The translations under genes and the position numbers were made by a program. The notes beneath the pieces are model-generated. The model was not told the DNA's origin, did no database searches, and saw only the letters and a program-made list of their open reading frames with translations. Of a stretch of DNA of 64,000 nucleotides, positions 58,703 through 64,000 are shown in pieces. The DNA comes from an uncultured bacterium. Lineage in GTDB: Bacteria > Hydrothermota > UBA3072 > B12-G15. The stretch spans positions 15,480 to 79,479 of the forward strand of contig CAZQRW010000002.1 in NCBI GenBank assembly GCA_964596115.1, in the 5' to 3' direction. Positions within the stretch are counted from its first letter, which is position 1. The number at the start of each line of letters is the position of its first letter.

Positions 58703-59525
58703 TTTCTTTTTATTTAGAACACCCAATTTTAATGGAGATTCTTCATTTAGTTGTCTTGAAAAACAGATGAACTTTGGATATAGAATTCCAGGTTCACCCG
58801 CTCATAAAAAATGTAAAAATTATATCATAAATAGATTAAGAAAGACTGCAGACACTGTATACCTTCAGAATTTTGAAATAAATAGTGTGCATTTTCATAA
58901 CATCATTGCTGAAATACATTCTAAAGGGAAAAAATGGCTTCTTCTTGGGGCACATTATGACACAAGACCTTTCTGTGACAAAGATCCAGATACAACCTAT
59001 CAGGATTCGGCTCTACCTGGAGCAAATGACGGGGCAAGCGGTGTAGCAATCCTATTAGAGTTGGCAAGAATATTATATAAAAAAAAGCCACATGTGAATA
59101 TAAAATTTGTCTTCTTTGATGGTGAAGACTTCGGGAGAACAGAATACTCTTCCTTTATTGGGTCAAAATACTTCGCCTCCACATTAATCAAAAAACCTGA
59201 TTTTGCAATAATTGTAGATATGGTTGGTGACAGAGATCTGAACATATACAAAGAAGGATTCTCTGAACGATTTTCGAATGGATTTAATGATCGAGCGTTT
59301 AAGATATTCAAAAAGCTATATCCAAAAAATTTCATCGATAGCGTAAAATATTACATAGATGATGACCACATTCCTTTAATAAAAAAGGGTGTAAGTGCAA
59401 TAGATATAATAGACTTTGATTATCCATTCTGGCATACTCATCTTGATACAGAAGATAAATGTGCCCCAAAAAGTCTTGAAATAACTGGAAGGGCAATTGA
59501 ACAATTAACGTATGAATTACGATAG
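58650..59525 (+). CDS. M28-family zinc peptidase / bacterial glutaminyl-cyclase-like protein
   Basis: 'LLGAHYDTRP', 'GANDGASGVAILLELARIL' and 'VFFDGEDFG' match the M28/QC metal-binding blocks. The N-terminus has a signal-like hydrophobic segment. The start is uncertain because it overlaps the upstream gene. Confidence 0.7.
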   Translation: MITEAGKGVSLPILLVISFFLFRTPNFNGDSSFSCLEKQMNFGYRIPGSPAHKKCKNYIINRLRKTADTVYLQNFEINSVHFHNIIAEIHSKGKKWLLLGAHYDTRPFCDKDPDTTYQDSALPGANDGASGVAILLELARILYKKKPHVNIKFVFFDGEDFGRTEYSSFIGSKYFASTLIKKPDFAIIVDMVGDRDLNIYKEGFSERFSNGFNDRAFKIFKKLYPKNFIDSVKYYIDDDHIPLIKKGVSAIDIIDFDYPFWHTHLDTEDKCAPKSLEITGRAIEQLTYELR

Positions 59526-61821
59526 GGAGGATACTATGGTATTTTTATTATTACTATCCCTTGACATAGAGGGGGGAAATGTACTTTTTTCTCTGAAGAT
59601 GCCCGACGCGAAGGATGTGAGATTGTCAGGGGATTTTGTAAACTGGTCAGCTGATGGTATTAAAATGGTCAAGGAAGATACACTATGGAAGGCAAAGGTG
59701 AAAATTCTACCTGGGATTCATCAATATAAATTTATAGTTGATGGTGATTGGATTCCAGATCCTTTAAACCCTTTAAAAGCCCCCGATGGCTTTGGTGGTT
59801 TCAATTCTGTATTTATCCTTACGGAAGACGGTAGAATACTCACAGAACCCTTAATAAAGAAAACGAAAGAAGGCGTTCAGTTCGTCTATTTTTCTCCTAC
59901 CTCAAAATCAGTCTATCTCGCAGGCGATTTCAATAACTGGGACAAAACAGCCACACCATTGGTAAAAAAGAACGAAATGTGGAAAATTACAATTCCCCTC
60001 ACGCTTGGTGTGCATAGGTATAAATTCATCGTTGATAACAAATGGGTTGAGGACCCCCTTAATCCCGCAAAAGTGCCCGATGGGTACGGCGGTTTCAATT
60101 CCGTTATTACCTTGAAAGAGAACGGAAAAATCGTATTTGGAGAAGAGAGTCCATTCCCAAGTGGCATCCCTGTGATAGAAAAATTGAAGGGAGAAGGAAA
60201 ACCAATTTATTTCACAATTGTCTGGCACCAACACCAGCCTTTTTACCTAAAAGAAAAGGGAATTTATGTGCTCCCCTGGGTACGACTACACGCTATAAAA
60301 GACTATTATGATATGGCTGCCTTTGCAGAAAAATACAATATCCATTTTGTTGTTAACCTGACACCTTCACTGCTTTACCAAATTATAGATATTGGAAAAA
60401 TAATGGCTAAAGGAAAATGTCCGGATAGATACCTTGAATACACAATGATCCCGGCAGATAAACTCAATGATGAACAGAAAAAATTTATCCTCGCAAACTT
60501 CTTCAGTGCAAACTGGGATAATATGATTAAAACCTATCCAAGATACAACGAACTGCTTGAAAAAAGGGTTATAAAAGGTGATGGTTCGTTAAATTACAAG
60601 GCCAGCATGAAAAAATTTACTGTTCAAGATTTTAGAGATCTTCAAGTCTGGTTTAATCTCGCCTGGTTTGACCCAGATTTCAAAAAAGGTGTTGTAAAAC
60701 TCCCTGATGGTGATTCTGTAACTATCAAATCCTTAATTGAGAAGGGGAAAAATTTTTCGGAGAGGGATAAAAGTCTTATCTTCGAGGCACAGGAAAAAAT
60801 CATAAAGAATATCATACCTCTTCATAGAAAACTCCTGAAAGATGGAAAAATTGAAGTTTCGACTACACCATTTAGCCATCCTATTCTCCCTCTCATATAT
60901 GATACTGATATAGCGAAAATCTGTATGCCAAATACGCCTCTTCCAACCCGCTTTAGCAGACCTGAGGATGCAGATGAACAGGTCAAAAGAGCTATTGAAA
61001 TGTACAAAGAATTGTTTGGTATACCCCCTACAGGAATGTGGCCTGGTGAAGGCGCACTCTCCGAGAATGTGATTCCAATTTTTAAGAAATATGGCATCAA
61101 ATGGGTCGCGACGGATGAAGGGAATCTCCAGAAATCTCTAAAGGTAAATCAACTCAAGCCGCAGCAACTATTCAACCCATATAATATGAATGGGGTAAAA
61201 ATTGTTTTCAGGCTACGAGATCTTTCAGATGCCATTGGGTTCCGTTACCAAAAGATGAATGGCGTTGATGCCGCCAACGACCTTATACTAAATCTTTACT
61301 CACACTACAAAAATCTAAGCAGAGAAGGACCGTTTCTTATTACGTTGATTCTTGATGGAGAGAATGCGTGGGAGTGGTATAAAAATGATGGAAAAGACTT
61401 CCTGAACGCATTATACTCACAGATTGAAAAAGCAAGTTGGATCAGAACAACCACGATAAGAAACTATCTCAAGATAGAAAAAAATTATGCTGAACTTTCC
61501 TATCTCTGGCCTGGTTCCTGGATAAACTCAGACTTTAATATATGGATTGGTGAATCTCAGGAGAATACTGCCTGGGAATATCTCAAAAAAGTAAGGGAAG
61601 ATTTTGATAAGATGAAAAAAGGGAAATCTAAAGAAAAGATTGAAAATGCATATTTCAACATACTTAAAGCTGAGGGGTCTGATTGGTTCTGGTGGTATGG
61701 TGAAGACCAGAATTCCCTTATGGATAGCGAATTTGATTATATCTTTAGAGAATATCTAAAAAGGGTATATGAGAACCTCTCAGAAAATCCTCCTATCTTT
61801 CTTGACTATCCAGTAAAATAA
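59512..61821 (+). CDS. Glycoside hydrolase family 57 enzyme with two N-terminal CBM48/AMPK-beta-like glycogen-binding modules
   Basis: There are two repeats of 'GDF(V/N)NW…W…HQYKF(I/V)VD(G/N)(D/K)W(I/V)(P/E)DPLNP' (CBM48). The catalytic region begins 'FTIVWHQHQPFY' (GH57 HQP signature) and runs ~550 aa. Signal-like N-terminus. Confidence 0.8.
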   Translation: MNYDREDTMVFLLLLSLDIEGGNVLFSLKMPDAKDVRLSGDFVNWSADGIKMVKEDTLWKAKVKILPGIHQYKFIVDGDWIPDPLNPLKAPDGFGGFNSVFILTEDGRILTEPLIKKTKEGVQFVYFSPTSKSVYLAGDFNNWDKTATPLVKKNEMWKITIPLTLGVHRYKFIVDNKWVEDPLNPAKVPDGYGGFNSVITLKENGKIVFGEESPFPSGIPVIEKLKGEGKPIYFTIVWHQHQPFYLKEKGIYVLPWVRLHAIKDYYDMAAFAEKYNIHFVVNLTPSLLYQIIDIGKIMAKGKCPDRYLEYTMIPADKLNDEQKKFILANFFSANWDNMIKTYPRYNELLEKRVIKGDGSLNYKASMKKFTVQDFRDLQVWFNLAWFDPDFKKGVVKLPDGDSVTIKSLIEKGKNFSERDKSLIFEAQEKIIKNIIPLHRKLLKDGKIEVSTTPFSHPILPLIYDTDIAKICMPNTPLPTRFSRPEDADEQVKRAIEMYKELFGIPPTGMWPGEGALSENVIPIFKKYGIKWVATDEGNLQKSLKVNQLKPQQLFNPYNMNGVKIVFRLRDLSDAIGFRYQKMNGVDAANDLILNLYSHYKNLSREGPFLITLILDGENAWEWYKNDGKDFLNALYSQIEKASWIRTTTIRNYLKIEKNYAELSYLWPGSWINSDFNIWIGESQENTAWEYLKKVREDFDKMKKGKSKEKIENAYFNILKAEGSDWFWWYGEDQNSLMDSEFDYIFREYLKRVYENLSENPPIFLDYPVK

Positions 61822-61850
61822 TGTAAAATTATAAAAAAGGAGGAGATACT

Positions 61851-62489
61851 ATGGATAGTAATAGATTTGGCTATCAGAAAAGATTAACACCTGGGGAGAT
61901 CCTTTTCAGGGAAGGGGACACTGGGAATGAGATGTACTTGATTAAATCAGGTCAAATTATGATTACAAAAAGAATTGGAAATGAAGAGAAGACCCTTGCC
62001 ATTCTTAAAGATGGTGATTTCTTTGGGGAAATGGCAGTACTTGATCAGAGCCCACGCTCAGCCTCTGCTATAGCCAAGACGGACGCAGAGTTAATCATAG
62101 TAGACAGGGATGCCTTCCTAAAACAGGTTAGAGAAAACCCATTTATCTCATATGTTATTGAAACGCTCACCAAGAGATTAAGACAAACGGACGAGATGCT
62201 GAAGTTTATGTATATAAAAAATGAAGAAAAGAGGTTCGTTTCCTTCATCCTGAACAAGGCAATGTCTCAGGGTAAACAAACCCCTGATGGATTAGATTCA
62301 GGCATACCTACAAGCCCTGATTCAATCTCCGGGATGATAGGAGTGGATAGAAACAAAATCGAGAATTTTTTAAATACCCTTACCAGGGGAAACATTGTAA
62401 TACAGAGAGATACTCTTATTATCGCTGATATTAAAAGACTTGAAAAATACAGAGAATACTTAGATTTGAAGGAGACATTCGAGAGGTGA
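61851..62489 (+). CDS. Crp/Fnr-family transcriptional regulator
   Basis: cNMP-binding beta-roll ('FGEMAVLDQSPRSASAIAKTDAELIIVDRDAF'). C-terminal winged HTH ('ISGMIGVDRNKIENFLNTLTRGNIV'). Confidence 0.8.
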   Translation: MDSNRFGYQKRLTPGEILFREGDTGNEMYLIKSGQIMITKRIGNEEKTLAILKDGDFFGEMAVLDQSPRSASAIAKTDAELIIVDRDAFLKQVRENPFISYVIETLTKRLRQTDEMLKFMYIKNEEKRFVSFILNKAMSQGKQTPDGLDSGIPTSPDSISGMIGVDRNKIENFLNTLTRGNIVIQRDTLIIADIKRLEKYREYLDLKETFER

Positions 62490-63169
62490 GGGTTGTCCTC
62501 CTAACCCATACACCTAATCCCATTCGTACCCTTTATGTTGCGGCAAGAACCTGTTATTCAGATGCGGGCCCCTCACAAATTGAGGCAAAGGATGAGGAGG
62601 TTATGAAGAGGCTCATAAAAAATATTTATATTTCGGGGCACGAATCAATTCTTGAACACGTTAGCTTCACCTTTGGCATAGAAGGCGTATCAAGGGTTCT
62701 TACACATCAACTGGTAAGGCACAGGTTGGCAAGCTATTCACAGCAATCACAGAGATATGTTAAAGTAAGAGAAAACTATGTCATTCCGCCAAGCATTAAA
62801 AAAAATAAAGAGGCATTATCAATCTTTGAAAAGGGGCTTAATGATATTAATAAAATTTATGAAAATCTAATTAATATGGGAATACCAAAAGAGGATGCAA
62901 GATTTATTCTTCCCAATGCAACTAATACGAATATAGTAATGACAATGAATCTTCGTGAATTGATCCACACATCTGAATTGAGGTTATGCTTTAGGGCTCA
63001 GTGGGAAATAAGAATGTTATTTACTTACATAAAGCGCGAAGTAAAAAGGGTTGACAAATTTTTAGCAAGTCTGCTTAACCCCATATGTATACGGCTTGGA
63101 TACTGTCCAGAAAAGGAAAGTTGCGGATTGAGGCCGATAAAAAAGGAGGTAATTGGTGATAAAGATTAA
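62486..63169 (+). CDS. thyX: Flavin-dependent thymidylate synthase
   Basis: ThyX motif 'RHRLASYSQQSQRY' (RHR…S.S..S.RY). Length is 227 aa. It starts with GTG. Confidence 0.9.
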   Translation: MRVVLLTHTPNPIRTLYVAARTCYSDAGPSQIEAKDEEVMKRLIKNIYISGHESILEHVSFTFGIEGVSRVLTHQLVRHRLASYSQQSQRYVKVRENYVIPPSIKKNKEALSIFEKGLNDINKIYENLINMGIPKEDARFILPNATNTNIVMTMNLRELIHTSELRLCFRAQWEIRMLFTYIKREVKRVDKFLASLLNPICIRLGYCPEKESCGLRPIKKEVIGDKD

Positions 63170-63566
63170 ATGGATAGATGGAATGAAATTCTACGCATAT
63201 GGACCCTCCAATCATCTGATAGTAATGGATTCATCACCTGATGTTGGAGGTGATGATACTGCATCTCGACCTATGGAGGTATTCCTATTCTCCCTTGGTG
63301 GATGTACGGGTATGGATGCTATAAGTATACTAAGAAAAATGAAACAAAAGGTAACAGATTTCTGGATTGATATAGAGTCAGAGAGGGCATCTGAACATCC
63401 GAAGGTATATACAAAGGTAAGATTGGCATACTATTTTAAGGGTAAAGGCCTTAATTCAAAAATGGTGGAAAAAGCAGTTAAACTTTCTCAGGATAAGTAT
63501 TGTTCTATCTCAGAAATGATCAGGAAAACGGCAAAATTAGAATATGAGATAAAGATTCTGGAGTAA
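63153..63566 (+). CDS. OsmC/Ohr-family peroxiredoxin-like protein
   Basis: 'PMEVFLFSLGGCTGMDAISILRKM' and 'KYCSISEMI' contain the two conserved Cys contexts of the OsmC family. Confidence 0.8.
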   Translation: MVIKIKWIDGMKFYAYGPSNHLIVMDSSPDVGGDDTASRPMEVFLFSLGGCTGMDAISILRKMKQKVTDFWIDIESERASEHPKVYTKVRLAYYFKGKGLNSKMVEKAVKLSQDKYCSISEMIRKTAKLEYEIKILE

Positions 63567-63572
63567 ATTTTT

Positions 63573-64000
63573 TTAGCTATGGTAGATTAGCCTTAAAATT
63601 TCTCTCCCCCATATAAATACGATAAAGCCGCCTATAGATAGAAAGGGACCAAATGGGATTTCTTTCTTTATGGTCCCGCCCCTTTTTCTTATAATTATAA
63701 CACCGTATATTAAACCAATGAAGGAGGCAATAAAGACAGTGATAAGAAAAGATGCCCATCCAACAAAACTACCGATAAGGGCAGATAGCCTCATATCGCC
63801 AAGGCCTATAGCTTCTTTTTTGTAAATAAATTTTGCCGAATAGTATATTGTAACAATGACAACCGCTCCAATAACAGCTCCAAGAATGGAAGAATACATC
63901 CTACCCCTGAAGAATGAAAGGGTAAGCCCTATTATTATTCCGGGTATAGCAATGGAATCGGGAATAAGCATTGTATCAAAATCTATGAACGATATGGGAA
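63573..64000 (-). CDS. Type IV prepilin peptidase (A24 family), C-terminal part; the N-terminus lies beyond the 3' edge of the window
   Basis: '…IDFDTMLIPDSIAIPGI…' is the first catalytic-Asp block and 'AIGLGDMRLSALIGSFVGW' is the second (GGD). The reading frame stays open upstream of the annotated Met through to position 64000. Confidence 0.7.
   Translation of the reverse strand, partial: PISFIDFDTMLIPDSIAIPGIIIGLTLSFFRGRMYSSILGAVIGAVVIVTIYYSAKFIYKKEAIGLGDMRLSALIGSFVGWASFLITVFIASFIGLIYGVIIIRKRGGTIKKEIPFGPFLSIGGFIVFIWGREILRLIYHS

Overview
This is an AT-rich, gene-dense window from a diderm bacterium. The lineage is probably uncultivated and FCB-like, judged from T9SS/FlgD-type C-terminal sorting domains and a bamA-skp-lpxD-lptD cluster. 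No transposases, integrases or CRISPR arrays were seen, and the exact lineage cannot be named from sequence alone.

Most of the window is housekeeping operons: argF, def, aspS, hisS, hslUV, guaB, dapF, ridA, bioY, rpmB, two tRNAs, efp, pepP, thyX and a GH57 glucan enzyme.

Five regions stand out.
1. A six-gene minus-strand cluster at the 5' end (1-7397) looks like a possible extracellular-DNA binding or utilisation locus. It encodes two paralogous secreted proteins with extracellular-nuclease-type OB-fold N-domains and T9SS-like C-terminal sorting domains, a large protein with a ComEA-like helix-hairpin-helix motif, two porin-like outer-membrane barrels, and a PLD-like protein.
2. A 943-aa GGDEF + STAND/AAA NTPase + TPR signalling protein overlaps hslV.
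3. A single gene fuses a Hanks-type Ser/Thr kinase to a complete UvrD/PcrA-type helicase.
4. A translationally coupled four-gene operon encodes speH, two spermidine-synthase paralogs and a radical-SAM enzyme.
5. A perfect 21-bp inverted repeat lies in the rpmB downstream intergenic region.

Smaller oddities include an RnfC-like protein with its barrel-sandwich domain moved to the C-terminus, tandem UPF0104 membrane paralogs, a class II aldolase gene with no canonical start codon, and a degenerate ATAGGAT-like repeat tract.
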